From contig NC_068995.1 of assembly GCF_001194135.2 (NCBI RefSeq), forward strand, positions 17,686,328 through 17,745,125: DNA of 58,798 bases. The letters are read 5' to 3'. Shown piece by piece: positions 36,331-50,466 of this stretch; positions within the stretch are counted from its first letter, which is position 1; each line of letters opens with the position of its first letter. Made by a program: the position numbers and the translations under genes. Origin of the DNA: Octopus bimaculoides. Taxonomy: Eukaryota. A model generated the notes under the pieces. It was given only the letters and a program-made list of their open reading frames with translations. It searched no databases and was not told where the DNA came from.

Positions 36331-38757
36331 GCATTGAGACGGTTGCTTCGGGTTCCGTCGTAAATTATATATTGTGTGGTGACCATAGTTGGTCACCAAG
36401 TATCATTATTCTATATACTTTCAAAATTTCACGCAAGCATTACCCATTACCATGCGTCTTGTCCTAACAGCCTTTAATGTGTGTCTTCGTCGATTGTTTA
36501 CTCTGTATGTCCACCCTGTCGTTGTTTGTTCGTTCGAAGCCCTAACGCTCCAGAAATTTTATATTTTAAAAGTTTGTTGATACTGCTTTTTAATGAAATT
36601 TTCCTATATTGTCGTTGAAAGCTCGAAATAGGGAGTAATTATCAGTCGACAACTGAGTAGGGGTTAGACTTCTAGTGGCATTTTATCCCGTGCTTGTCTC
36701 TCATTATGTGCTTACGTATTTTTCACTCGTTAATGATGTCCTGTTATGATTGTATATTTTTTGGTCGTGTGTCTACGTATTTTTCACTCGGTGGTGATAT
36801 ATTTATCCTTGGAATACAACAGTTGACAAGCTCTAATTAGATGGTAGTTGCGTCCCTAGAAACCACACTTACTCGGTTAATAGCTTGCGTCGATTTTGAA
36901 AGAAACGATTAAAAATATCCCTGAGTACATTGTTTCAACGGATTTGTATAGCAAAACGCTCATGAATATGCTAGGGTACGTGTGTATGCGTATATGAATA
37001 AACTACGGAACCATGAGAAACTATATAATTTGTAAACGGATGTTGAAATCTGTAGTTTAAATTTTCTCTTTAGTATTGCGTATCATGGATGGACGGATGG
37101 TTTGATAATGAGATAAACAGTTATAGAAACAAATGATCATTGATATGATCACATACAGATAGACAATAATAGTTGTCAAACATTCTATTCTTCATCATTT
37201 TAGATTGATCTGTATAAGAACTGGCTTCTTAACAAACCGAAACAAATAACGCTAGTGTTTCAAATAAATCACTGTGTTTAATTTTAGTATCATATTAGTA
37301 AGTGAATGTAGCATATCAAGCTGGTGTCCGAATTCATGTAGCACCCGCATATTATGTCAGACAAAAGTATGCAACTAGGCTTTTGTTATTTGTTTCTATG
37401 TACTGAATGTTTAATTCATCTCTTTAAGTTCACTGATTTATTTTGTCATAGGCACTGATTGACGTTGAACGACCGTAGCCAAATGTTGCATTTTTCTCCA
37501 TTCTAATAATTTACATAAACATTATAGCGTTGAAGAACTCGTTCTTTTTAAGCTAAAAGTTGCGTTAAAATTCTTTATTGGTCGGTATCTAACGAGAAAA
37601 GATTGCGTGTTACTCGTAAATCACTTTTAAAAATGTACCCTGAAATCTTTTGGGGAACGTATATATTTACTTCGGTTTAGCGGATAAAACGTTCCCAGTG
37701 TGTTTAAAAGTTAATCTCAATTAAACCATCAATCCCCAGTCAACTATTTTACAGTCAATAGACTTAAGGATCGTAAGGTAATGAAACGGCTTTCAGAGAT
37801 ATATCCTTGCTTCTAATAAAATCTAAAGGCTTTAACGCACACATCGAATAATCTCCGATGTGAATCGGAGGGCGTTAAAGTTTTTTTTTGTCAAGGTTGT
37901 ATTATGTTCAACCAATTAATTCCCGTTGAGCTACATTTCTATACTTTATGGCATAGCCCGCACTATATATAAGAAGAATTTAGACAATATATGAAAAGTG
38001 GAAATATAATTAGAGGAAATAAATGAATCTAACAGCAATGTAAAAGTAAGCTAATTCTTTCTTTAATCTACTTCTCATATAATATGATATGATAAGCCGG
38101 CAATCATTCTTCATAGATCTATCTCCTACCAGTTGCCTCATTTTTGTTCTGCTTCGTCAAAAGTGGGAGATCCTAAAAGGTGTTTATGTCTACTAATTTG
38201 GCGCTTAAAAGAATTATTGAAAAATCTGTGCACGCTAACCGTTCCAATTCGCTTTCGAGAGGCGGCTTATGATATCTTATTCTCTCTCTCTATCTATCTA
38301 ACTATCTACTTTTATATACATAGATATATACATACATACATGCATGCATATATTATACAGTAAGTATTTCTATATATGTATATATATACATATAACTTTT
38401 CATAACCATCATTTCATGTATATTGTGGTAATGAATGATTGTTAGATACATTTTAGTGTCAGAAGAAAATATTCAATATAATATGATTTAAAAAAAAAAA
38501 AAAAACTTTATTTAAGAGTTTCTTTTCATTATAGCTGTACACATATAACGTTATCTTGCTGCTTTAAACGTGAATATTTTCAACTTTATTGTGTTCTCCA
38601 GTAACTGCAGGAGCACGGGAACAAACACACACACGTGCGGGCGCGTACGCATGGAATCATATATACGTACGCATGTGTGTAAATGTGTGTATCTATACAC
38701 ATATACAGATACATATTCGTAGATGATCGTCATTATATATATATATATATGTATACA

Positions 38758-38828
<71 letters not shown>

Positions 38829-38959
38829 NNNNNNNNNNNNNNNNNNNNNNNNNNNNNNNNNNNNNNNNNNNNNNNNNNNNNNNNNNNNNNNNNNNNNNNN
38901 NNNNNNNNNNNNNNNNNNNNNNNNNNNNNNNNNNNNNNNNNNATATTGTCATACACACA

Positions 38960-39010
<51 letters not shown>

Positions 39011-41399
39011 ACATATATATATATATAGTTCTATGATTCATTAGTTACTATTTGCATTATATTATCCTTCCATCGTATAGGTAGGTAAATATATTGCAAT
39101 AAAACACAGGATATTCAGAAATCTCATTAGTTTTTAAACAGTATATAACCGACTGAATGTGGAAAAAAAAATTAAATGAAATTACCTGTCAGATTATGTG
39201 ATAGCGTAATCTGTATGTGTTATATCGAGCGTTATTTTTAATTACCATATTCGGCATTTTAAATGGCAAATATATCCTTATTGGCAAGCTTATTGATCAC
39301 AATCGAGACGGCTTTCATGTTCATTTTGACGCTGGAGTTCTTTTAGACGAAGATCATTGTCTGATTTGTTCCTGTCTATAGATTCTGAAATAAAACTCAG
39401 CGATAAAATATTTTCGATCACCTATATATTTTTTTAGATAATGCCAACGAAAGTTCATGTGAATCACTGTTAAGTACAAAATGGAATAGATAACTTTGAA
39501 AATAATCTTTCAGCTGAACCTTGACGTAACAGAAACAGCATTGAGAGAACAGCAACATGGATATAAACAGAAGCCAAACGCAAACATACTCTTTACAAGA
39601 AAAAAAATCAATTGCCCATTATCAGGTAGGAAGGTCAAAAGGTCAAAATCTAAAATGTAGCTTTGCCATATATCCTTTATGTTTATGTAGTCGTTACTGT
39701 CGAAAAGATGGCATTACATTAGCTTAGCAAAAGAAAAAAACAAAAAAAACAAGGCATTCATGATATACATTGGAAGGACAAAAGCAAAATATTGAATGCA
39801 TTGAGATAATATTATCAAAAGTAAATGGAAAGAAAGATTAAAGTAGGATCGGACAGTTTTGTCATAAAGATCAACGCTAGCCGTCTATTAATGGCTGATC
39901 AACTACTTTAGACTCCTATTTTAAGATGTCACAGTGGGTTCAGTCTAGATAGAATAGATAACGAGGAACAAAAGAAAAAGTTGATGTCACCCCTTTTTTT
40001 CTCTCAACTAATGTTCTTCAATACATTGAACACGGAGATAAAAGTTCATTGTATATGCAGGTTTGTCTCTTCGCATTAAAACACGCTTGATTGTCTATGC
40101 TTTGGGTTAACATTTTCAGATTTATATTGTCAGCAATATCAAACAAATACTCATTCACAGTAGAGCGACAAAACGAAACAAAATGAAACAAAAATTGTAA
40201 GAAAATAAAATAGTGTATATATGTGAAATAAATGATATATAAGATTCACTTTATCCTAAATACAAAATTGAAACGTTTTCCAGCGCACAAAGCAACAAAA
40301 TCTATTTTTCTACATTCTTTAAATGCAACTTTAATATCGACACTACTCGAATAAAAGTCCTGAGTACAGGAAAATCGAGAAAAATAGAAAGGGATAAATA
40401 ATTATTAAGAAATATGAAAAGGAATAATTTTCTATGACGATTTTCTACCCATTCTAAGTCTATTGGCTGATTATAAAATCATCTAATATGAAAGGGAAAA
40501 TGTATAAAGAAAATATTTTTGGAGAAAATTAATGGGATGATCAAAGTGAATAGAATTATAGAATTTAATAAAAAAATATTTTCTGCTTTACTGATTGAAA
40601 ATTACTTTATACATGTACACATTGAACATTCTATAGATTTCAACCAGAACGTATGGTTTACCTATGTGACTGATTTTGACTAGAATTTCTGTGAAGTTAC
40701 ATTTTAAACAAGAAATCCTGGCAAAGCAGGTTTGCACCAATACAATTTAGAAACCGATCAGAACAAATAATTCAATACGATTTGACAGCAAATTGTATAG
40801 CTGAGAAAGTACTTCCAATTTCTTTCTTTATTATTAAAAATATGTTTTAATATCAATCATTCAAAGGGCATAATTCTAAAATTACTCAAATATTGCAGGC
40901 TATTTTTAGATCTCTACAAGCACGTTTACTTATGCATCGATTTTAATATGGTACATTTCTTTTCTATGCCACAATTTTTGAGTATGCTTAGGTAAGTTAA
41001 CGATCCTGCCTTCTCCTGATGTCGTATTCTATATTCTGTGGGTAATAAAATGATATCTATCTCTGTTATGAGGTGCTAAGACATTTACAGAATAATATCT
41101 GATGCATCTTCCTATTTTGCGGTTTTAAGCTTCAGTAATAACATAACAATTGTTATCATAATGGCGTTGCTCACTATCATAATCATCAACATGGTCATCC
41201 TGTATATTTCGTTTGTTGGTGTGGGGCACGTGTTTTATTGTGTTTTATTATTTTTTTCGCTTTTTGTGTTCCCTTTGGTTTCCACTGTGAGAGGCAGGCG
41301 TATCAGTATCTGTGGAATATAGGTGAGTTTGTTTTGTGTATTTGAGTTTAGAGGAGACAGAGCGATGAAGGAACAAGGAAAGCTTCGTTGGGAGAGCCC

Positions 41400-42790
41400 C
41401 TTGATGTGTGTGTCCGTTGTTATTATTTTTTGTGCTGTTGAATGTTGGTGCGCCTGCTGCTAGTGTTGTTTTGTGTTATGGTTGTTGGTGGCGCTGGTGT
41501 TGTTGATGTTGTTGCTTGTATTGGTGTTCTTCAAGTAGTTGCTGATTTTGTTGTTTCTCTTGTTGATATTTCTCTTGGTTCCGAGGTCTGTGCCGCTTCT
41601 GTTTGTTCCCTGATGGTTTGGTTTTGTGGCTTTTCGGGACCTGGTGTTGGCTGTAAGGGTGTCCTACGTTTCCCTGTCTTCCTTTGAGGACGGAAGGCTC
41701 TAAATGACCGACCTCCCCACACAGATTGCTACGTGGACTTCTACCATCAACAGTAACTTGCAACCATTCCCCTCACAGAAGGCGAATAAGGCCTGGTATC
41801 TTGTTGATTGAAGTTGGTTTAATGTGAAGTATTACGGCTACACTGATCCCAGATTAATTCTTGAGACAGATTCGATTCATCTCCAGGAAGTTATTAATCC
41901 CTTCCATAAGATGCACGCTAATATTCCCCATATTCTTATTTCAGATGGAATTCTTCAGAATTTCACCCACACCGTCTTCATATATTTCGCCCCCACAGCG
42001 AATTATGGAATGTTTGACGGTCAGAGCTTCAGTCTTAAAAGGCACTGAAATACCGGTAAATCGTTTGGCTCTCGAGATATGCTGAATGTCGGACACCAAT
42101 TCTTTTAGCGCGCCTTCAACATTTGTTTAACATGCTGTCTCCGGCCATTTCTTTTTATGGGAACATCTATAAATTATAATTTTTGTATGTACTTCTGCTA
42201 GCGCATCGAGGGTATGGCTATGTTGGCCTGTGACATTTCCTATTTGATCAGTTTGGTTGCTTGGACCAGGCACACATCTTTTTGTAGGATATCCATCTAA
42301 ACGATAGTTCCCCACCTTTAACACCCGTTGCTGCGAATGTATAGTTGTTATATTGTTGTTGATGTCAATGTTATTCACGTTGGAAATATTGTATAATTTA
42401 TGTTACCGTGGCTACTGTTGTTTTTGGCTTTTTCTTTTGCTTCTATCATAATTTTGTAGTTGTAGCGATCGTAGTGATGGGGTCAGTGGCGGCGACGCGC
42501 GTGGTCGTATAGTTCACGCTGTTGGTTGATGTCTGTGGTTGGTTCTGTCACTTTCATTCGCGGGAAGTCAACTTCATAGTTTGAATTAAATTTCCATGTT
42601 GTGTTGACGATGATGTTGTTGCTGCTGCTGCCGATAGTCGTCACAGGGTTATTGTGGTCCACTGGAATTTGAACTTGGTGAATGTTCACATCCCGTTCCG
42701 TGAGCAGGTTGAAGGGAGAGAATTCTGACCGGTATTGCAACTCACTATCATCTACCTCTGGCTTTTTTCACGCCCCTCTGCAGGGCGGAC
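41400..42790 (-). mobile_element. L1/Tx1-type LINE ORF1 (gag-like) remnant
   Basis: Frameshifted minus frames give KTVWVKF*RIPSEI and KIPGLIRLL*GEWLQVTVDGRSPRSNLCGEVGHL (decayed CX2CX4H knuckle after a V..GR/QP motif), flanked by Q/N/T-rich low-complexity tracts. Confidence 0.65.
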
Positions 42791-43249
42791 ATCGACATGT
42801 TTGTTTTTAAAATTACTTTGCAAAACTAAATGAAGATCTTTGTTTCGAATTTGTGCCCTTAAAAACACAAACGGATCAACCGCACCTATGCAATATGGAT
42901 AGTTTCAACAATTGACAAACTAAACAATTAGCAACTTTGGAGATATAAATATACGGGTGAAATGACACGCGTGCAGCCAGTTAAATGATAATCGTTCCTG
43001 ATATATGCAGGAGGTCAGCAATTGTGAGGAGTGGGTGTAGTCGATTACATTGATTATAATTTTATTTGTTTCATCACTCTCTTTAATTATTAACGACAGA
43101 AGCATTATTAATACTTAAAGATAATATTTATCCTCTCACATGGACCTTTGATGCATATATGTACTTCTATTTTTATCGCAAGTGGGAGATAAACTAACTG
43201 CCGCCGCCGCCGCTAAAACTACCACGTCACCTGATTTCGACGCCTTCCT

Positions 43250-43578
43250 TTAACTTGAACCAGTTACTATTTGTATCACGTGTACTCTCTTCATTGACAA
43301 CAACCTTCGTATTTCCCACTTTAAATCGTCGTACTTGTTTATTTTTTCTATTTCTTTCACATTGAACCTGTTGTCAACGGGGCATGGTATGTCGATTATC
43401 TTACATGTTCTTTCTATTTTATTCACCGGTTTCCAATGTCTAGTCAGGTGATCGCACTGGATCATCACATCCCACAAGATTTTGCAGTTTTCATTTTCGG
43501 TGACTCCATGTGGGATTGTCTCATACCACATGTACTCCTTCTCAGGTTTGCTCATACTACGTCTAACTCCTGTGGTTG
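43250..43578 (-). mobile_element. R4/Dong-type LINE 3' fragment (restriction-like endonuclease)
   Basis: ENENCKILWDVMIQCDH...TCKIIDIPCPVDNRFNVKEIEKINKYDDLKWEIRRLLSMKRVHVIQIVTG matches the RLE motifs KILWD, IID..P.D, KE.EK..KY.DL..EI.RL. Confidence 0.85.
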
Positions 43579-43584
43579 TTGTTG

Positions 43585-43662
43585 TTGTTTCTACTGCTGC
43601 TGCTGCTGCTTCTGCTTTTGCTGCTGCTGCTTTTGCTGCTGCTGCTGCTACTACTACTACTA

Positions 43663-43728
<66 letters not shown>
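43585..43728. repeat. (GTT)n-(GCT)n-(ACT)n compound trinucleotide tract
   Basis: Directly visible. The (ACT)n part is the 3' tail of the adjacent element. Confidence 0.95.
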
Positions 43729-44635
43729 TTTCATACACGCACAACAAATTAGACTGTTTGAAAAAAGTTCCAACCATCAAGTTACAACGTGTGACCTGAG
43801 ACGCCTAGAACCTTCTTAAGTGTCCTAGCAGTAACTAATCATACTGCTTTCTTGAGCAGCACTAAACTAGGTTTTATGGCAGTTTTCTCAATCTATTTGT
43901 TTAAATCTTTAGGAATTGTTCCAAATGCCCCTGTAATTTCAGTGATATATTTTACCCGTACTTTCAATAGCCTCCGTAACTCAGTGGCTACGTTCTGGTA
44001 TTTTGATGATTTCTTTAAAGCTCTAGTATTGACTTTCTTATCATTTTGGACTGTAAAGCATAACCTGACAATTTCTATTCTCCTTGTCTATAACTGTCCA
44101 AATATTTACAGCCTTCACTAGCTTCGGAGCATTGAAATGTAACTCCATTAACTTCCACACACTTCTGATGTACTCCTTCTCAGTCTTCGCTTCCGTTTTT
44201 ATAGTTGGTACTCTGTCAATTCCTAATGCCCCTAGATACTTGTAACTTTCTTCTTTCAGTGATTCTAATGCTTGGATATCCGATAGCCGATAATTGAATG
44301 CCGTCATTCATGACTATCTGTCCCATTTTATGACTAATTTTGCGCAATTATCTATGCTAAATTCCTCACATACATCTTTGCTGAAGAGTCTTAAAGTTTG
44401 TATTGATGAATCTCTCTCTTTTTCATTCTTACTAGAAAGCTTCAAATCATTTATGTAGAGCAAATTGTTAATTTTTCCTTCACTCTAAACTGATAACCTG
44501 CCTTGCCTTTCTTAAAACTAAACTAAGGGGGGAAGAAACCATAACTCAAATACCGAAGGGGATAACGAGACTCCATGGAAAATTATTCTCTCGATGTTAA
44601 CTTTGACTAAAGCTATGTCACGAGTAGAAATCTAC
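43729..44635 (-). mobile_element. R4/Dong-type LINE, 5'-truncated and internally deleted (RT core + RLE C-terminus + 3' UTR)
   Basis: IFHGVSLSP, LYINDLKL, FSKDV..EFSIDNCAKL, EESYKYLG, KEYIRSVWKL...VKAVNIW, then KYQNVATELRRL...GAFGTIPK...TARTLKKVL. It ends in (TAG)n on the coding strand. Confidence 0.9.
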
Positions 44636-44640
44636 TTTCC

Positions 44641-44651
44641 AGTAGTAGTAT

Positions 44652-44702
<51 letters not shown>

Positions 44703-44716
44703 AAGTAGTAGTAGTA
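44641..44716. repeat. (AGT)n microsatellite
   Basis: Directly visible. Confidence 0.95.
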
Positions 44717-45762
44717 TTTTCCTGCATAACTATTTTTCACTTTGTTTCAGTTTTATATCTTTTCTAAAATATATATGGTTTAACTGATAATTCCCATTTT
44801 ATACGATTAATTATTGCTTAAGTCATGCAAATTGCTATTATCCTCAGTTGGCATGATGCTTCCATCCACTGCAATTGTACCGATAAGTCTGAATCATGCG
44901 GTTAAGTCTATTCTAAATTTACGTGGAAACGATAATGATTAAAGTGGTTAAGTCAAACAAAATGAGTTTTAATGTGTAAACAGATGACCAACTGCATGTA
45001 GGGAAATATGTCTTCATAATTATGATACCATATTCATTTGTTTAAATTACTTTGTAATCAGAAGATCACTAAACACCAATGTCCGTATGCTACCTGTCAT
45101 TCGTTGGTCTCATTTCCACATTGAAATCAAACTATCGACAATATTCAGTGTTGGGTGTTTCATTTCATTTCATTTGATGACGCATGCATTGTTTCATGCA
45201 AGCATTTTTCCTCGAAATTTTGTGTATTTTTTTTCTGAACTTATTTTTCTTATTATTTCTATCAAATGCTTAAATTACATAAAATTATAAACTATTCAAA
45301 ATTATATCAAAATATTATCAATTATGTCAAAATATTTCAAGACAATTTAATCAGTAGATTTAATCCAAGTTGCGCTGAAATTGAATGACTTTAGAATGTA
45401 ACAAAGAAAACGAATGCAAGAAGTGTAATAGATATGTTGAACTTTTAAATATACGTTTTTGATAGAGAAAAGAGGTCAGCCAAGCGATATTTGCTGTGAT
45501 TTCTAGTAAAACTAATGAGTGAAGTATTTTTTAATATTTTTCGAAAGAAAATGAAACCCATCTGTCATCGTCAAAACGCCAAATCTATTGAACAACTTTT
45601 GTCTTTTGCTGACAAAATATTCTTTCTAGAACATTGGAAGCAAAATGAATACAAAAGAAAAAGATAGAAGTGAAATCAGTAAAATTAGGAAAATTTTGCA
45701 TAAGTATGAAAAAAAATGGAGATGTAGGACAATATACTGGTTAATGATTTTAAAGTTATTTA

Positions 45763-45980
45763 AGGCGGCGAGCTGGCAGAATCGTTTGGATGGTGGGGGG
45801 AAATGCTTCGTGGCATTTCGTCTGTCTTTACGTTGTAATTTCAAATTCTGTGGTGGTAGTCTTTAACTTTCATACTTTCGGAGTCGATAAAATAAATACC
45901 AGCTGAGTACTGGAGTTGATAGAATCGACATATCCCCTCGATTGGAACTTTTGGCATTGTGCCAAAATTTGAAACGAATA
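45763..45980 (+). mobile_element. tRNA-headed SINE, third family
   Basis: aggcggcgagctggcagaatcg head, ttcaaattc B-box-like motif, gtcgataaaataaataccag core and gtgccaaaatttgaaac tail. Confidence 0.7.
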
Positions 45981-46494
45981 TTTTATAGGACATGTTGATA
46001 TACAAACCATATTTAAGTAATTTTACGCCTCATTGATTGTTACTTGCACTTGTCCATAATTAAGAAATTTTGTGAAAAATTTTGCAGGCGATTAGTTTGA
46101 GTCTTTTGTGAAACTGTCTACAAAACAACATACCAATATATTAATAAATAAATAAAAAATTATTTATTTTGGGAAAACATTCCAAAATCAATATTATAGA
46201 ACTGAATTGAAATACTTCGTGTAGTGCGTTTTAATGAGAAACAACAACGAAATGAATGAATAAGTGAGCAAATGAATACTGTTATACTGTTAGACATACA
46301 TACTATCGTATGTGGGGTTCTAAGTGTGGAAATGTCTACAGCAGTCTCGGCACTTCATAACAAGACGAGTTAAGATGATATGTTACAATTTTTAAAAATG
46401 TCTAGGCACCACAAGTGAATGCGATGGTGAAGTACTATACAAATGACTCCACCACGTAATATGCATTGAATTGAAATTTACGATGTCAATGTCT

Positions 46495-47200
46495 TATAAG
46501 CTAATAAGCTTAATAATGAAGCGTTTAGATTGGAGTAAAAACCTACAGAATTGGTTCCTAGAGCAATGGAAGAATGTTATTTTCTCGGACGAGTCATCCT
46601 TTACCTTATTTCCAACCACTAGCCGAGTATATGTGTGGAGAGAGCCAAAAGAGGCATTTGACCCAGACTGCCTACTTCTAACTGCTAAACATGGAGGAGC
46701 ATCTGTGATGATCTGAGTGGCGGGGTATGTCTTGGAAATCCGCCGGCCCAATGATTTCCCTTCATTGCAGGCTTAATAGTCAAGAATATTTAAGCATTTT
46801 ATCTGATCAAATTAATCCTGTGTTTGCTGAACTTTTTCCGGATGGAAACGCAATCTTTCAGGATGATAATGAACCAATTCACACAGCTAAAGTTATTATT
46901 GAATGGCACGAGGAACATTCTAGTGAAGTTGAACATCTTATCTGGCCACCACAGTTCCCACATTCACTGTTATGGTGCATTTTAGAAAAACAAGTAAAGA
47001 GTCAATATCCTCCACCATCATCAATACAAGAACTGGAAACTGTTGTTTTAGCTGAATAATTGACAACAATTCCTTTGGAAACAATTCAAACTTTGTACGA
47101 GTCCATACCTCATAGAATTCAAGCTGTAATTACTGCCCCATATTAAAATTAATTTGTTTGAAATGTTAAGGTGTTTCCATTATTTTGTCCATCCTTTGTA
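46495..47200 (+). mobile_element. Tc1-like transposon, 3' half (pseudogenised transposase)
   Basis: WKNVIFSDESSF, KHGGASVMI*, IFQDDNEPIHTAK, WPPQFPH..LWCILEK, IPLETIQTLYESIPHRIQAVI. It ends in TIR-like gtgtttccattattttgtccatcctttg + TA. Confidence 0.9.
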
Positions 47201-47439
47201 TATAGACATAAAAATTCAAATAAAACAATAACACTCGTAGGTAAATGGTAGAGTACATAAATAGTTACAGATAATAATTTCGATGTTCATAAATAGTCAA
47301 AAGTCGAGGGACGACATTGCATAAAACATGTAAAATATAAGAATTTACTTAATATAACCATATTGGAAGCAAAAATTTCAAATGCGATCGCGAAAAATGT
47401 ACGTGGATGATAGATAATTTCTACATCGGATCTAAGAGA

Positions 47440-47740
47440 AACAAGGAAAAGAATTGTTAATGTGCTATAGATGGTTACAAGTTGAGAACGGTAATTGATA
47501 AACGGGAGGGAATAGATTTCAGAAATAGTGAAATGCCGAAAAATATCCATAGAAATGGTGAAAAAATACGTTTCCATGAACAAAAGCGAGTTTTTTGTTC
47601 TCGTATATCGAGTCCCTCCGTTGAAAATCTCAAAAAGCAGAAGATACGATAAACAGTCAAAATTTGAAAATACTAACGAATTAACATCAAACCCATTATG
47701 TGAACTTTCACTGGGCCAGTTCAAAGACGATTAAAATACG
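47440..47740 (+). mobile_element. Possible LINE APE-endonuclease remnant
   Basis: IDGYKL and VLVYRVPP motifs in different frames; heavily decayed. Confidence 0.3.
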
Positions 47741-48004
47741 TAATGCATTAAAATTTTGGAAAGCGAATATCTACCTGCAAGTTAGCATGAAAATTATAAT
47801 TCTGATTTGAATTTCAAAGAAAATTCATTCAGATAGCAAATGAACAACTTCGTACACAAGCTCAATCATTATATAAGTGAGATGTAGCAAAGCTTCATCA
47901 TAAACAAATATATTTGGAGAAGCTAGTGGAAAATCTTTCACTCTGATAATCATATATACTATGCATCTTTTATATTTTGCATGTTTCAACCATTAGACAA
48001 CAGC

Positions 48005-48110
48005 TATTAAACGAATCGACCCCAGTACTTAAATGTTTTTAAGACCGCTACTTATTCTATCGATCTTTTGCCGAAACGCTAAGTTAATTGTACGTGGAAA
48101 CAATTGTAGT
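48005..48110 (-). mobile_element. SINE 3' fragment
   Basis: aatcgaccccagtactta...tacttattctatcgatcttttgccgaaacgctaagtta matches the SINE family. Confidence 0.55.
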
Positions 48111-50144
48111 TAAGCTGTGACCATATAAACAGCGCTTTAATCATCTTCGATATATTTAAAAGTAAATGTTCAAAGTTTGATAGCCTGATGATTAGATGAT
48201 ACTAGTATTCAGTAACTTTTCATGCAGATTCAACTTAAGATTAAATATGCAAGTCTGCAATGTAAACTAACGAGTAGAAGTCAATATTATAAAGTTAGAT
48301 TCCATCAAAATTTCAAACCACAATGTTATCTATTTACACAGGGACACTTATTGCAGTAGACAATGTAATTAACATTCTTTTAAAACTCATCGATTATAAT
48401 TTTGATTCTTTGTTCTAATTGCATAGGATATAGACTGCTATGACCATGCAAATCTCAGGCAGAAAGAACATCCTTCAAAGGTTCAGACACTCGTATTTTC
48501 ATTAAATTCATGTTGAATTTGGAAAACACCTGAAATAAAATATTTGGCATGCAAGTCGCCAATACAGTTTCTTTATTTTTTATATATAAACACACGCGCG
48601 CGCGCACGCACAAACACACACATATATATACACACATATATATGTTTGGGTGTGTGTATATGTGTGTGCATGTGTGTGTGTGTGTTTTATGGTGATGTAG
48701 AAGCACATAAAGAAACTCACACACAAAGCCGCGCGCACGCACGCACACACACACGCACACATGCACACACATATATATAGAGAGTAAATGAGAGAAGAAA
48801 AGTGAAAAAGCGAGAGGTGAGGAGACAGATAATTCCATATTTTGTGTATACATATATATGCACTGTAAATTATACATATATATATACAGAGGCGTGATTG
48901 AGTTCAGAAAAAAGAAACTTTTAACAGAAATGCAAACTAAACACTTTCTTTATAAAAATTACTTATAAGTTGGGTAAACACAGCGCACGGTATGTAAGCG
49001 ACAAGAGAAATAAATGATATATATTATACATTCTTAAATATATATCGTCCGTAAATATACATTAAAAAAAAAAAACATGGACGAATCGAAGCTTATAAAC
49101 AAGTATTCAAGCATAGAGACAAATATATGCACGTGTATGTGTCAGTGATCACGCGTAGGTGTGTTTCCGTGTATGTTTGTATATGTTTGTCTGAGAGCAC
49201 GTCGATATTAATGTCTCAATATATTTAGAAAAACTGAAATTCATAGGTATGAATATAAATACATATGTATGTATGTACCTAAGATATACGTACATATATA
49301 TGCTCGTTTGTGTGTCTTTTATGCATGTATGTTTCTCTGTATCATGTAAGTATGTATGTATGTATGCATCAACATGCATATTTCATTTCTCAAGCTATGG
49401 ATATAGATTTCTAAACAAAAAAAAAATGTCCCTCGGGGTACTGTCCTGATGGAACGTGGTATTTTAAATTCAAACTTTAAGAAAATTGTTGACAGAATGT
49501 CTACCGACTAGTAGGTGTCTTTAATAGTTACCGAATATTGAATGTCTCATCTATATACATAGTCATCGCTTTCCACTGTCGTCTCTCAATGTCTCTCTCT
49601 AGATTTCTCTCTCTGACTCTGTTTCTCTCTCACTATATCTTTCTCCAGAACACATTTCTTCTGTTAAAAATACAGACACCCATCAAATCTCTAGTCACAT
49701 TTATATACATAAACACACACACACTGCGCATGTACATACATGTACGTATATATATATGTATGTTGTGTGTGTGTATCCAATATACATACACAGACACACA
49801 TAAATATATGTCATACATACACACTCAAACATGAATTTGCAGATAAGATGAATATATTGAGGTAAGAGTCAAAAAATAAAAGACAAATCTAATTTTGCGA
49901 ATGTTACTAAAAGTAAACAGACATATATGTATATCGACGAAGTAAATATGTCTCTGAAAGCATTTTGAAGAAAGTGTTGTGTATCTTGAGGGCAGCTGCT
50001 TTATGGAATACATCACAACATTATGAACCTCCGAGGAATAAAAATAATTACCATGAAAATCAATGCTTTTTATAACGATGAGTGTTGCGTTCGATACAGT
50101 ACTATTCGGCTACTCTCGATGTATGCATATATGTGTATATGTGA

Positions 50145-50178
<34 letters not shown>

Positions 50179-50422
50179 NNNNNNNNNNNNNNNNNNNNNN
50201 NNNNNNNNNNNNNNNNNNNNNNNNNNNNNNNNNNNNNNNNNNNNNNNNNNNNNNNNNNNNNNNNNNNNNNNNNNNNNNNNNNNNNNNNNNNNNNNNNNNN
50301 NNNNNNNNNNNNNNNNNNNNNNNNNNNNNNNNNNNNNNNNNNNNNNNNNNNNNNNNNNNNNNNNNNNNNNNNNNNNNNNNNNNNNNNNNNNNNNNNNNNN
50401 NNNNNNNNNNNNNNNNNNNNNN

Positions 50423-50466
<44 letters not shown>

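Noticed and set aside
38120-38265. Protein-like peptides on both strands
   Set aside because: Short, weak splice sites and equally plausible in several frames.
47287-47724. 145-aa minus-strand ORF
   Set aside because: No recognisable motif; better explained as the antisense of a decayed LINE endonuclease segment.
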